A stretch of 63,864 nucleotides of DNA, counting the filler, from Folioceros fuciformis (lineage: Eukaryota): NCBI GenBank assembly GCA_049999805.1. It is 4 parts of 4 records of this genome, joined end to end, with 100 filler letters (N's around TTAATTAATTAA, not from the genome) between each part and the next. Parts side by side here need not be neighbours in the genome. Positions count along the whole stretch, not along the records: positions 38,360 to 61,512 come from JBNGIO010005797.1; 3 more parts are not named here. One strand, 5' to 3'. The position numbers and the translations under genes were made by a program. Below are positions 39,985 through 52,959 of the stretch, in pieces; positions within the stretch are counted from its first letter, which is position 1; every line of letters starts with the position of its first letter. The notes beneath the pieces were generated by a model. That model saw nothing but the letters and a program-made list of their open reading frames with translations, had not been told where the DNA came from and did not search any database.

Positions 39985-42900
39985 TCAAGCAGCGCTGGTT
40001 TGTGGGAAGTCTTCGCTTCTGGCGAGAACGTGCTCCGGCTCCTTCTCATAAATATACGTTCCGTGGTAACCGTATGGAACTCGCTGCGGAAGTTGTAGCT
40101 TTGCCACAGGCTCTCCGCTGAAGTTCCCTGCATCTAAGATGTACAACTGCAACACATCGACCGCCCTTTTCTTGTGAGGACACGAACAACCCATGGCCAT
40201 GTGCTGAGCTCAGTCCTGACTATCAATTTCAAAGCACAAGTCTGGGTGGGATGGGACGGAGTAGAGGGCGAGTCTTACGTAGGAGATTTCTGCTTCCTCG
40301 TCGTGAACGTAGGCAATCACCCACCCGTCATCCTCGACCTGGGCGTTGGGTCTTGCCACAAACGAAGGTTCTGACACTCCCCAGTTGGTTCCCAGGTCGT
40401 GAAACTCCACCTTCAATTCCTGAAGGCAACAAGTGCTCAGCAGATTACACGGTTGCAACCATGTGTACTTGCAGTCTGAACACTACAGCAATCTGTTCAA
40501 AGAATTCCCAAATGGAGCGAACCTCCTCTGCAGATTGTGGGACTGTCAGCTTGGCCCACCCTGTCATTGCAGGAATACCTGCAACATCACGGACGCACAG
40601 CTGTGACAATCGGCAGGACACCAACAACTGGAGCAACGGCTTTTGCATGTGGGCGTGCGTACTCGTAAATTCCTTTTCCACATTATACAGAGACAAGTAG
40701 CCGTATTTGTTCTTGACACCGGTGTAAGAACGGTTTATGGTCGGACATTCCCCAGAGAAGGTGTATCCCGAGAGATCACGCTCCGAAACCTGATCTGTAC
40801 GGCCAGAAAAGGGTTTGCTATTGAACGACACCGTTCGCAAAAGGATGCTTTGCCCGTTGCCCCGTTGTGATGGTCGGGAAAGGTACCTGCAACCATATCA
40901 AAGCGCCACTCGTGGACGTACCCGGCCAGGGCTCCGTCTCTGACGGGATCCAGTGCATGTCTAGGATCCACATTCTGCAGACCCCGAGCCAACCACTCCT
41001 TTCGATTTGGATCGTTTGGCAAAGGAATGATGGATCTCTGTGACCGGATCCCAATCACCACAATCTGCACCCAATGATTCAAATGATAATGGCACCAATC
41101 GATCTCAGCTCAGTTGCAGGCTAGGAGGATCGAAAATCCATGTCCAGGAATCATGTAGTCGATCGGTCCAAGCTGGAGACGCTAGTCCTCACCTCGTCAC
41201 CATCCTCGAAGGCGTTCACCTTGTGCCACGAGTGGCCTGCCGCTACAGGGAACCACTTTGTAGACTTGATGTCACCATAGCGGGGGAGTATCCCAACTCG
41301 GGATGCGTAATTCTCTTTGAATTCCACCAGGCTGTGATCCAGCAGCCGAGCAGGTTCAGAGCGGACTGTAAGGGTTTGGGTGCGCCAGGCAGGTGCTGTA
41401 GATGCTCACCTTCCTCCTCGAAGGACTCCAGACACGTCGACGACGAGAGGAAAGTCGAAGAAGATGGTGTACCTGCAAGAACAAACACCACCACTGTCAC
41501 TCCGCATTCAGCCCGCAAACTTCCTGCATGGTCCCGCGCACCAACGAAATGAACAGACCGTCTTGTGATGGCAAGTTCGTGGCAAAAGGTGCAGTGGTCC
41601 AGCTCCAAGTCGAACTTGTGTACTAGCCTGACACCATCAGCTGCACATCCCAGTGTCGACCAGATCGAGAGTGTCAAGTCTTCGTGATTGTACTTGTGTG
41701 GAGAGGGGACCCGGATCGCATGCCAAACTCGTAATTCTTACCGGACCATACTGCGAGCAGGCAATGCGGCTTGAAGGGACTGAAGCCAAAGATGATCAGC
41801 TCCTTAGTTTCAGGGTCACGCTGAACACAAGTACCAGAAGCAACTAAGAATTGTCTGACATGATACTTTTAGGGAAGAAAAAGAGCTCTGACTGGAATTC
41901 ATGATCATTGGCACGCATGTGCCTCACCATGGGGTACGCAGTGACGCGACGGGTCCATTGGCCGTTACAGCCATCCCAGGCCCCGATGGTAGTCAGGTCT
42001 GACACTGACAGATTGAACTCATGGGGAAGGTCACCATCAGCAACGGCGAAGTACCTTCCAGCATGTTGGAACACATGAGTATTGCATGTGGGCTTGGTAA
42101 CCTGGAAAAACCGGGCCTACATGGGGACACATTCACCACAGCGGCATGTGAAGCAATAGTGAGCGCAGCCGCTGAATTAGTCTAGATTACAGCTGGTGCA
42201 TAATGGTGGTGGTGGCGGTGGTGATGTATGTATACCAGGTTGAAGAAACGGCTCAAGGCAGTAGGCCCAACATCCCCATGAAAGGACGATAACCAAACGG
42301 GCTCTCCTCGCTCCTTTTCAAGCTCGTAGGATGGCGTGCTAATATATCTGTTCAGGTAATCGGCCTTTCCTCCCTCCTCGAAGTATGTTGCGTGAAGCAC
42401 CCCATCAGCTTCAAATGGGTGACACTCCAGTAATCCCAAGGGGCTACTGAGGCATCTCCCTCTAAACTGAGGATTGGGACCTGCACATCCAGCTCAACGC
42501 TGCTAATCAAATAAAAGTTCCTGCCATCTTCCACACACCGTCCTCAGAACCTTCTTCGGGTCAGAGCAATTGCAGATGACTAGTGAACACGTTCCCAAGC
42601 CACCCACCGTTCCTCATTGTACACTCCAGGAGGGAAATCAGTCGGAATGGCCCGAAACACCACCCTCGCCGCCGTCTTCTTCGCAATCTCCTCCACAGGA
42701 GCCCAATTGCCCTGCAGACAAGCATTTGAGTAGTCTCTCTCTCTCTTCGTGGAGCAGAACCTGCACCCGCCAGAGAAGGGGCACAGGATTCCCAATCTGA
42801 ACAGACTTGTCACACAATTACCACCCACCTCGAAATGATGCAGAGAGCACTCTGCTTCTTTCAACAGCAATTGCACCACCTGAGTGAGAAGCCGCTCCTT

Positions 42901-43295
42901 CACGTCGTTGGCAATTCTTCCAATGCTCTGCAACAAATTCACCTCGTTCTCAACACCTTTCTGAACGCCGGGCCCAGAATCTTCGTCAATCACAGCTTGA
43001 TGGCCCGAATCATGGAAATCCCGCAGAGCAGCTGCCCCCTCTATCTCAAGTGCTCGGCAGCGTACATCCGCTCCTCGCTCTTCCTGCAGTGAGATGTGCG
43101 AGAGTGAATCGAATTTCGTGTTTCCGAGTCTCAGACTGATCTGATCGGCGCGCCAAATATACTAACCGTCTTGAGAGGAGAGCGCCATGACTGCCCCCTC
43201 AAGCTGGGCAGTATGTGTGCCGATTTGTTGGTGGGAGATGTTGGACGCGTCCTGCTTCCGAGGAGCCTCGATACAGGGTGCGGAACCGAAGCCAT
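39985..43295 (-). pseudogene. Carotenoid cleavage dioxygenase-like copy 1, 14 exons, probable pseudogene
   Basis: Motifs GNWAPV, GPNPQF, FEADGVLHA, FCHE, SWHKVNAFEDGDE, RVPYGYHG. Extra base at 42617/42618 (tac aat gag gaa cg|gt versus tat atc agg aat g|gt in copy 3) shifts the frame. First Fe-ligand His is Tyr (TAYP, 41934-41936). Confidence 0.85.
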
Positions 43296-43639
43296 ATGCC
43301 TGGCAGACTCGAACGTGGAATCAAACCTGCCCCTTGCGCGCGCGTCCAGACGGTGGAAGACGAGGAATATATAACTTCGCCACAGTATATACATAGAGAA
43401 CGTTCGCACCATGGTAGAAAAAAACGTAAATACTAAAAAAACACGCAGCTCCTCTAGACTCCGAAATGCACGGAAGAGGTATCACATTTCTCGGGCTTTT
43501 GTTTTCAACTTATTTTTCAATTTTACTGACATCTTCAGACTTTCTGGATATGTTCATTATTCACTTTCCCTAAACCCTAAACCACCTATATTCCTTGCTA
43601 CCATTGTCCAAAAGTCGAACACAAGTTGCCTAGACGCAT

Positions 43640-44330
43640 TCTAATGCTGTACCTTAAGCCTGTAGTTGCTAGACGCATTCTAATGCTGTACCTTAAGCCT
43701 TTAGTTGCTAGCATGCAATGTTAGACGTACTTGTTGAGCTCACCTTTTCTATCCTCTTGATTCATAATCAAGACTACTATCTCACCAACGGTCTCATGCA
43801 CTAAAAAGAATTGCCACGAGGACTTCACAATCATGTACAAGCTCTCACCAGTACTAGGCTAACGACTATGCCATAGATCTTGATGCAAACTCTTCCTTAT
43901 CTTATCAAAGCAAACACCCACTTATCTTCTCAAAGGAATGAGAAATCTGACTCATCAGGGCTATGGAACAAGGATCTAAATTGAATCCCTTGTTAAAGAC
44001 TTTATTGTTATAGAACACAACAATCCTAGACTATACACATCTATGCACTGCGTCCACAAAGTACTGGAAAGAGACATAGAGAGGAAGTAACAAGAGACTG
44101 TAGCTGGTTCATATAAAGTACGAGGAAGGAAATGGAAGAAGACACCACACCACTCTTGGAGAAGTGGCAAGAGCTTTATGAAAAAAAGCATTCATAGATT
44201 TAGTACAAAATTAGACCAAGATGGTTTGACATGAAATTTGCAGGCAATATGGGAAGAAAAGTGGGGACAACAAATGGGGAATGACATAACAAACTTCAAG
44301 TCTATGGACAAACATCATTTCTATGTATCT
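43640..44330 (-). mobile_element. Possible decayed LINE 3' fragment
   Basis: LFFIKLLPLLQEW...SSTLWTQ loosely resembles zf-RVT-adjacent regions; a 39-bp tandem duplication lies at the left edge (~43630-43710). Confidence 0.3.
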
Positions 44331-44548
44331 TATTGAAACTTAAAAACATAATAGTCAAGGTTGTTTTTTTAAGTGGGTAAGAATGCACTGGGATGTAGTA
44401 TCGATGGTTTTTTTATTTCTTACAAATAACACTTTACCATGGTAGGATTAATATTTCGTATATTTTTTATTGGTTAGGCAACGTGGAGCAAGCTCCAACA
44501 AGGGAATCCAGGACTTGCGCGCAAGAAATCTAAACCCTACCAAAGAAT

Positions 44549-44689
44549 GGTCACACGGGCGGCACGGAATTAGTGGAAGGCAGGGTACACAAAACGGTCA
44601 TACGGGCGGCACGGAATTAGTGGAAGGCAGGGTACACAAAATGGTCATACGGGCGGCACGGAAGTAGTGGAAGGCAGGGTACACAAAAT
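44549..44689. repeat. 47-bp tandem repeat, 3 copies
   Basis: GGTCAYACGGGCGGCACGGAATTAGTGGAAGGCAGGGTACACAAAA units start at 44549, 44596 and 44643. Confidence 0.92.
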
Positions 44690-45896
44690 GTTCACAGCAC
44701 CTGAAGGATTCTGGTGGGGAGAATTGTTTCACTTTCCTACAGTCACTCCTAGTAAGAGTGGCAAAGTTGTTAAGAAAAGGGGCTTTGCCGAGGTCTGGTT
44801 GAGGACCACCGACAACCCACCGTGGCAGGGGCGTGGACTGAATGCCATCTACTCATGATCTGCCGGTAGTCCTTAAGGGCACGGTGCCATCGTCCTCCAC
44901 ATGTTGGACATTGTTGGCCGCCATTGTGCCAGCCGGCATGTGGTGTGATACTGACGGATTGATCTCGATCGGTAGTCTTGCTGACATCCCAGAACGTGGG
45001 GATGGTGCACGGTAGTAGGATGCACAATCTTGCCATGTACCCTCACCTCCATACACACACCCAAAGTGCAGCTCCCCGTGTGGTGCTCAGCCTGGTCATG
45101 ATCAGCCAGTCCAGCCCCAGTGGAGCAGAGGTGGTCTGCCGGGCTGCCTCTCCATATATGTATTTTTGTGCACCATAGGAATCTCGTCATACAAAAGGCA
45201 ACAGCCTGTCGATGCAACGAGGCTTCTGTGGCTCAGCTTATCCGGTCAGATGGTGGTCAGCTGCACGTACTGGACCATCGTGGAGGCATCATGCAATTCA
45301 GAATCTGAATCATCGACTTGCCTCCGCCACAGACTGCTCATCTCCATGCTGAACCTCTCATGGATTCATTTCCCGAGTATGTTCGATTCGAGATCGAACA
45401 AGTGGATGTGCAGAACTCGTCTCAGATGTCGGTTAGACCAATAGATCAAATTGTAGCCCCAATTCTTCTTCTTCACTCGCAAGCGTAGAGCTGGTCACTG
45501 GTGGAGACTTTCATGCCAGCGGCATCTGGAGCTGTCGAGCACATGTACAGTTGAATGCTTGCACGAGAGCATCGGAAAACAAGCAACTCCTTACGTACTT
45601 TTTCTCGTGGTCTTCTATCACATAGTGGGAATAGCACTGAGATTCTCACTTTCAGCATTCAGTAGAGCAAGAATGTCAGTCTAAGTGAAACACCTGTTAC
45701 AGTTGTGGAACTACACGTGGCACTTGCGATAATGTCAAAGTGCCTCATCACAGTGCCCAGTTATGCCTTATCACATATCTGACTGCACCTTTTCCATGAT
45801 ACGAGCTCGTGCGTGTGACTGTACAGCGCTCTCAGCCAATGTATTTTCAAATCTCACTTGCATCTTTTAATGTGGGGAGTGCTTCTCAAAAGTCCT

Positions 45897-48800
45897 TCAA
45901 GCAGCGCGGCTCGGTGGGGAGTTTTTGCTTCTGGCCAGAACGTGCTCCGGCTCCTTCTCATAAAAATACGTGGCGTGAAAACCATAGGGAACTCGCTGAG
46001 GGAGTTGCAGCTTTGCCACAGGCTCTCCGCTGAAGTTCTGAGCATCTATGATGTACAACTGCATCACCATGCCGTTGTCAGGATTAAATCTTCATGGGCA
46101 CCACACATGGCATTGTGATTGACTGCAACTTGTACGCAGAAGATTGGGGCCGTGGGATAGAGCAGAAGATCTCTCTTACGTAGGATATCCCTGCTTCCTC
46201 GTCGTGAGCATAGCCTACCACCCATCCATCATCCTCGGCCTTGGGATTGGGTCTTGCTACAAAGGATAGTTCTGACACTCCCCAGCAGGTTTCCAAATGG
46301 TGAAACTCTGCTTTCAACTCCTGCAGGCAACAGCGCTCAGGAGATAGAGTAAGAGCTCGAATGGAGCAGCAATGCTACTTCAGCTGGTTTTTGTGAGGAA
46401 GTTTAAAATGCAGCCAACCTCATCTGCAGACTGTGGGAGTATAAGCTTGACCCAACCTGTAAAAGAAATACCACCTGCAACACCCCGCTCTTGCAGTTTA
46501 TAACACTGGCCAGAGACAAGAACTGGATGAAGAATTGCGTATGGGTAATTGCGGCCGATGCATACCTCTCTTCGACTTTTCTGGGTTGGACAGGGCCATG
46601 TAACCGTATTTGTTCTTCACACCCGCGTAAGAACGGTTTATGATCGGATATTCCCCAGAAAAGCTGTATCCTGAGAGATTGCGCTCTGAAACATCCCCTG
46701 TGTCCAGAAAGGGGTTGCAATCAGCCGATATCTTCTTCCCGAGGACATTCAAATGCTCTTACAGAGCTCTGCTGGCCCTCCTTCGTGTTGTGATGGTCAG
46801 GAACTGTACCTGTAACCATATTAAAGCGCCACTCGTAGACAAGGCCGGCCAGGACTCCGTCAATTGCAGGATCTCCTGCATGTTTAGGATCCACAATCTG
46901 CAGACCGCGAGCCCACCATTCCTTCCGATCTCCTAGGGGTGGAAAAGGGACGATGGCTCTCCTTGACCGAACCCCAATCACTACAACCTACCCGGGCCCA
47001 TGGTTCCCATGAGAGTGGAATCAATCAGCTCCTTGTCAAGAGAATCCAAAGTGCATGTCGAGACTGGAATGGATCCGTCCAGGTCCGTGAATAAGCTAGT
47101 CCTCACCTCGTCACCATCCTCGAAGCTATTCACCTTGTGCCACGAGTAGCCTGCCTCCACAGGGAACCACTTGGTAGACTTGCTGTCTCCATAGCGGGGG
47201 AGTATCCCAACTCGGGACAAGCCAGTCGCTTGGAAATCCAGCAGGCTGTACTCCAGCAACACAGGATGTTTAGTTCAGAGCAGGCACGAAGGGATTGAGT
47301 GCGCCTGCCGGCTGCTGGAGATGCTCACCTTCCTCCACTCATGAGGCGGCCCACGTCGAAGTTAAGAGGAAAGTCGAACATGAGAGTATAGCTGCAAGGG
47401 CAAACGCAACCTCTGTCACTAGGCATTGAGCTTGACACTTTCGGCATCGACCCGCACCAATGGAGTGAGCAAACCGTCTTGTGATGGCAATTTCGTGGCA
47501 GAAGGGGCAGTGGTCTAACTCCAAGTCGATCCTATGCACTATCCCTTGACCATCAGCTGCAGATCCCAGTGCCATCCATCGTTTTCAAGTTTCGGCAACT
47601 GTGCTTGTAAACCAAGCAGAATTGTGCTTGCGTGCCAAGGAGAGCGGGAGCATTTCAAACACGAAACCCTTACCAGACCATACTGCAATCTCGAAATGGG
47701 GCTTGAAGGCGTTGAAGCCAAAGATGACGAGCTCGTTCGTTTCTGGGTCACGCTGAAGACATTCACGACAGTCACCTACCTGTTGTCTGAGATGCCTTGG
47801 GAAGAGAGCACAGTGGGTGGAGTTCATGACTAGAGGCATTCCATGGCTTACCAGAGGATGAGCCGTGAAGGGACGGTTCCATTGGCCGTGACAGCCATCC
47901 CAGACCCCGAGGGTGGTCAGGTCTGACAGGTTGAACTCATAGGGCATGTCGGCTTCAGCGACGGCGAAGTACTTTCCAGCGTGTTTGAACGTAGAAGTAT
48001 TACATGTTACCTTGTTCACCTTTCCAAACCGCGTCTACAGGCGGACACATTCACGACAGCGACACCTGGATTTAGTACGATTGCTGACTCCCTGTGCAAG
48101 AGGTGCATGACAGTGATGGTGCTGGCGATGATACCATGTTGAAGAAGAAGCCCAGGGCGATAGCCCAAGGATCCCCTTGGAAGGATGTCAACCAAACAGG
48201 CCTTCCTCTCTTCTTTTCAAGCTCGTAGCCTTCCGTTTTCACATATCTGTTGAGATAAGCAGCCTTTCCTCCCTCCTCGAAGAAGGTTGCGTGAAGCATG
48301 CCCTCACCCTCAAATGCGTGGTACTCCAATATTCCACAGGGACTGCTCATCCACTTGCCTCCAAATTGGGGATTGGGACCTGCGCAGCCAACTCCACGCT
48401 GCTTCCTTCAAACTCCCTTCCATCACCGACACCGTTGACAACCCTCGCCGGATTAGAGCAATGAAACGTGCGCAAGTTCCGAGGCCACTCACCATTCCTA
48501 ACGTAAACTCCAGGTGGGAAGTCAGTTGGAATGGCCCCAAATACCACCGGCGCCGCCGTCTTCTCCCCAATCTCTGCCACAGGCGCCCAATTCCCCTGAA
48601 AACACGCATTTCAACAATGTTCGTTGTAATTTTAGAAAAGTGAGGCTCCTGCTACCTGCCAATTTGAAACAACCGGCTTCGGATTCCCAATCTCAACACA
48701 CTTGTCCCGTCCCACCACAACCACACACCGTGAACTGATTGTCGGAGAATCCTGCGTCTCTGAAGACCAAGTGCGACACTTCGCTCAGAACGCGCTCCTT

Positions 48801-49109
48801 CAGGCCATTGGCGAGACTTGTGATGGTCGACAACAAGTCGGCCTCCTTCGCCACGCTGGGCCCGAACCCTTCCTCAACAGCAACAGCATCCTCATCCCGC
48901 GCATGCCCAGCAGCTGGCTCCGCAGCTTTCTCAAGCACTCGGCACCTCACATCCGCTCTTCCCGCTTCCTGCTGCGTGATGTCCAGGGGGCGCAGGCCAG
49001 GGGGACGCAAGGACTGTCCCCTGAAGGTGGACAGCCTCGAGACGGTTGGAGAAGTTGGAATTGTCCCAGCCCAGGGAAACAGCCGTCCAATATCCGCAGC
49101 CCAGGCCAT
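45897..49109 (-). CDS. Carotenoid cleavage dioxygenase-like copy 2 (ZAS/CCD10/CCDL-type), 13 exons, apparently intact
   Basis: ATG at 49109 with Ser/Arg/Pro-rich N-terminus; FEGEGMLHA, RFGKVNK..NT, WNRPFTAHP, FCHEIAIT, RVGILPRYGD, SWHKVNSFEDGDE, EDDGW, RVPYGFHA; TGA at 45897-45899. All junctions GT-AG and in frame; four His ligands present. Confidence 0.9.
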
Positions 49110-51123
49110 GGCCGAGTCCGCTGGAGCTCTTTCCCTGATGTGCACTCGCCCAAATTGTGCAACCCAGCACCTCTGTGGCCATCACATGAGCCAATGCCTG
49201 CTTGTTTTATCCTTGACGCCTGTGGCCTCACCTCCCTCTCCACGACTCTGCGGACGCGCGCCCGCCCGCATACTCAAAAATATCGAACTATTGCAGGAGT
49301 CGACATGAATTGCTGGGCTGTTCGCTCACATGCCAACATCTTCGCTCCTTCTGTCCACTCTCTTTCTGCCTACATGGTATGGGGTCCCTGATGCTCCCTG
49401 CCGTGCAACGTGAGATGCTTACAGGCCCGATGTCCCGACGTGTACTTCTGTTCCCGGTATCCAAAGTGCCGCCAGTAGTCGCTCAGGTTCAGCTGTTACC
49501 TGTTAGACCGATGCGGGAGTTGCCAACAGTGTGGACGAAGGAATATAAAACATGGCATGCCAAGCGGATGCTTCAGTTCCAACCAAGCATGTATTTGGCT
49601 CATATATGGACGCCGTATGTGTATGCCCAAGATAAGAAATGCGGGATCAGCCTTTCGCAAGAAGACACCCATCGAGGGAGTCATGGAAACTCTCCGTCCT
49701 TGCAGAGTCAAGCCTCACCACCCGATGAACTATGCCACCACGATCACAACCATGTTCCCGATATAGTAGGCATTCTACAAAAAAGTGTTTTTGCTAGGGG
49801 TCAACTTAAAGGTGGGACTAAGCATAATTAAACCTAGTTGTAGTAGAAAACAAAGTTGTTGTAAATTATGGCATTTAGATATAAGCTCTAACTTTTTTTT
49901 TACATAGAAGAACTTTTTTTTTTCCATCTACTCCAAAAGAGATTGAGACAAACCACAAAAGGTGAACGGCCACCGAGGGCTACCCCTTGAACGTAAAAAC
50001 TACTAATAGCACCTAAGATGTCGAAGGAGGAAGGGTCTACTTACCAATGGAGTCGCTAACACCACCTCTCCTACCCTCGTTCTCGTTTTGTATATGGAAT
50101 GAGTCAACATCCGTTGTAGCACAATGAAAAGCTTCTACGGAAAGAATGCTACAATATATGAAAGAGGAAGACTAAGCCCATTTTTGCTGTTGAGACCACC
50201 TTGTCTTAGATCTTCATAAATTTGGAAAATACGTTGTACATGGTCATATGGGTCTCAATGGCAAGGGGATAAAGAAGTGTCTAACTGTAGATGGGTGTAC
50301 TAGTGAATCTTGGGTGATGAGCTTCCCTTAACCATTGAACATGAGCTTCCCTTTGCCATTGAACATGGGGAGTTGAGAACAACATACTAACAAATTGGGT
50401 TTGTTACGACCATGTCAGCAATAAAAACTTGCTCTCCCTTAATAAGAAAAAAGTTTGCTCCGATAGAAAAGTCGTCAAGCATAATGTGTGGGTGCTTCTT
50501 GAAGGGTAGAAAACCAGCCTTCTTGGCCAACAAAAACTTGACATCACGCATATCAATACATTATCCCCTAACTAGGCAAATGGGCAAGATGAGTACCAAA
50601 GTTGTTAAGTGGCGTGACATAGTTGCAAGAGGGGAGAGAGTAAGCCAAAAGTTGGACCAAACCAATGTGAAAGCTCATTGAAGTAAAGAATATGGTTGTT
50701 GTGATTCAAAAAGCTTGGATGTTGGCATAGGTTGAGCCAAGAGCTAAGTACTTTCACCCTTTCCTGAGCAAGAACAAAGTTGTGCCCACATAAACCGAGG
50801 GATAGAAAAATCCTAAAGAAGACTAAGTTGCACTTGCACTTATTTCTTCTTGAGAAGAGGCTTGGAGCCCTCAGATCCTAATCGCAAGAAGAGATGAAAA
50901 TTATGCAGGCATAGTAGTACTGGCCACATAAGAAAGAAAGTCCCTAGCTGATCTTAGAAAGATTTGCAGAGAGAGAGCAAGCTCCTCAACACCTAGGCCA
51001 CAAGATTCCAAAATGTAGGAAGTATGGATGAGGAAACGGGATCGCAAGATGGGGCCACAAGAGCCTACCTTCTAAGAAACACCGGTGATGCCAAAATCTT
51101 AGTCACACGTAAGTCTATGACTC

Positions 51124-51253
51124 TGAACAAAATGGGAAGATTGGCATGTCGCCTTAAAAGATTTTTTCATGAGGAAAAGAATTCAGATTGAACAAAATGG
51201 GAAGATTGGCATGTCGCCTTAAAAGATTTTTTCATGAGGAGAAGAATTCAGAT
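51124..51253. repeat. 65-bp tandem duplication within degenerate TE-like DNA
   Basis: Units 51124-51188 and 51189-51253 differ by about one base. Confidence 0.9.
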
Positions 51254-51455
51254 TATATTCGTAGAAACTTGATTATGAGTTTACACAATTGAAGCCATGG
51301 AACCTCCAGTGACCAAGGCTCATGTTGATATAGGGTTCAAAGGGAAAGATGTCCTACTCCTAACTGATCACCATTCAATGCAATGTGCTCAAGATGAACC
51401 CTAAACCCTTGGCGATGCAAGGATGGCGGTGGTTTTTTCTTGTGTGTAACCCATA

Positions 51456-52600
51456 CTTAAGAACATGCCCGTGTTGTACGGGAACCCTAAACAAAACCTT
51501 ATGTGCCCGCATCGGTCCACAAGTCGTATCAAGAGAGGAAAAAATAATCTAATGTACTAATACTGAGGTAGGCCCCATGACGTGGTGTGTATATGATAGG
51601 CATCTATACTAGATTCTAAGGTATATTCCCGTATGAAGTACATATTTGGAAAAAAAATGTGTGTCCATGTCCCTATCGGTCTTTTAGCCGTGGTCTTAGT
51701 GCATGCAACAATGCAAAGCAAAAAGAAGCACTATAACACATCTGCCCCCTTGGGTCGTAAGGTGCCATCTAGGCGTCCCAATTGGGACAAACCCTCACGC
51801 GCTCGGATCCTCTCACTCACAAGTCATTCAATTTCCTTTTTTTATGGTTAGGGTTTGTGGTGGTTCAACATCCATCCTCTACATGTGCAAGGTTCATNNN
51901 NNNNNNNCCATCCTCTACATGTGCAAGGTTCATAGCGGGGTTTGTGGTGGTTCAACATCCATCCTCTACATGTGCAAGGTTCATAGCGGACAGGTTTGTG
52001 GTTCAACATCCATCCTCTATATGCAAGGGGTTTGTGGTTCAGCATCCATCCTCCACATGCAAGGGGTNNNNNNNNNNTTTGTGGTTCAGCATCCATCCTC
52101 CACATGCAAGGGGTTTGTGGTTCAACATCCATTCTCCAGGTTCAGCATCCATCCTCATGCAAGGTTCATAGAGGACGGGTTTGTGGTTCAACATCCATCC
52201 TCCACATGCAAGGTTCAACATCCATCCTCCACATGCAAGGTTCATAACGGACTTCACCGTTCAACAACCATTCTGTCTTGTGTGCACATCTCTCTCGCCT
52301 CCATGCACACATCTCTCTCACCTCCATGCACACCCCTCTCTCGCCTCCATGCACACCCCTCTCTCGCCTCCATGCACACCCCCTCATCGGCCTCTCATGT
52401 CCAAAGCTATTTCACAGCCCATAGACCATAGCAGGCTCATCGTGTGCAAGGGTGTATTATACTGAGGTAGGCCCATCACATGGGTGTGTACATGATGGCA
52501 TCTATACTAGATTCTTAACATTTTCGTATGAAGTACGGATTTGGAAAAAAAAAAAAAAAAAGTGTGTCCAGCCATTGTCCCTAAGGGAATTGGGAATTAC
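51456..52600 (-). mobile_element. Possible non-autonomous Helitron-like element with internal minisatellites
   Basis: Hairpin CCCGT-gttgt-ACGGG at 51468-51482, ~11 nt from a CTRR-like end (cttaag|t on minus); direct repeat ~51561-51680 / ~52460-52590; tandem arrays ~51850-52260 and ~52283-52385. 5' end not identified. Confidence 0.4.
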
Positions 52601-52959
52601 CCATAGGTACGTTTTTGGCGATCACTCAATATCGGGAGCACGATAGTTTTCTCAGCTGATGATTTTTGTGGAAAGGTTTTCTTCCGCGAAATGTTTCCAG
52701 CCACTCACGTTTCATGAGATGCTAGCTTGCTGGACCCTCGCTTGAGATGGGCAATGGTGTTCGTTTGCATGCTTCTGCTCCAGGGTCTAAAGGTGGGGTC
52801 CCACCTGAGCAAGGGACTGCAGGGGGAGATTCCCGACCCCGTGCTGGACGCAGTGCTACCACTCAGCACACGGGCTGCACAAGCGAGATTGAGACTAGGA
52901 CGGTCAAGTCAAGCATGATCACTTGTGGTGTGTAACATCGTACTGGGTGAAGGTTGTGG

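Noticed and set aside
41934..41936. U-to-C RNA editing restoring the His in CCD copy 1
   Set aside because: Such editing is known for organellar transcripts; this is a spliceosomal nuclear gene, and it also has a frameshift.
48702..49391. 229-aa and 189-aa plus-strand ORFs (similar ones at 56.9-57.8 kb)
   Set aside because: Antisense to the GC-rich first exons of the CCD genes.
49900..51420. LINE or gene call for this AT-rich stretch
   Set aside because: Looks like decayed TE DNA, but I found no motif strong enough to assign a family.
51703..52465. 242-aa repetitive ORF (STSILYMCKVH...)
   Set aside because: Translation of a minisatellite, open in several frames and spanning gaps.
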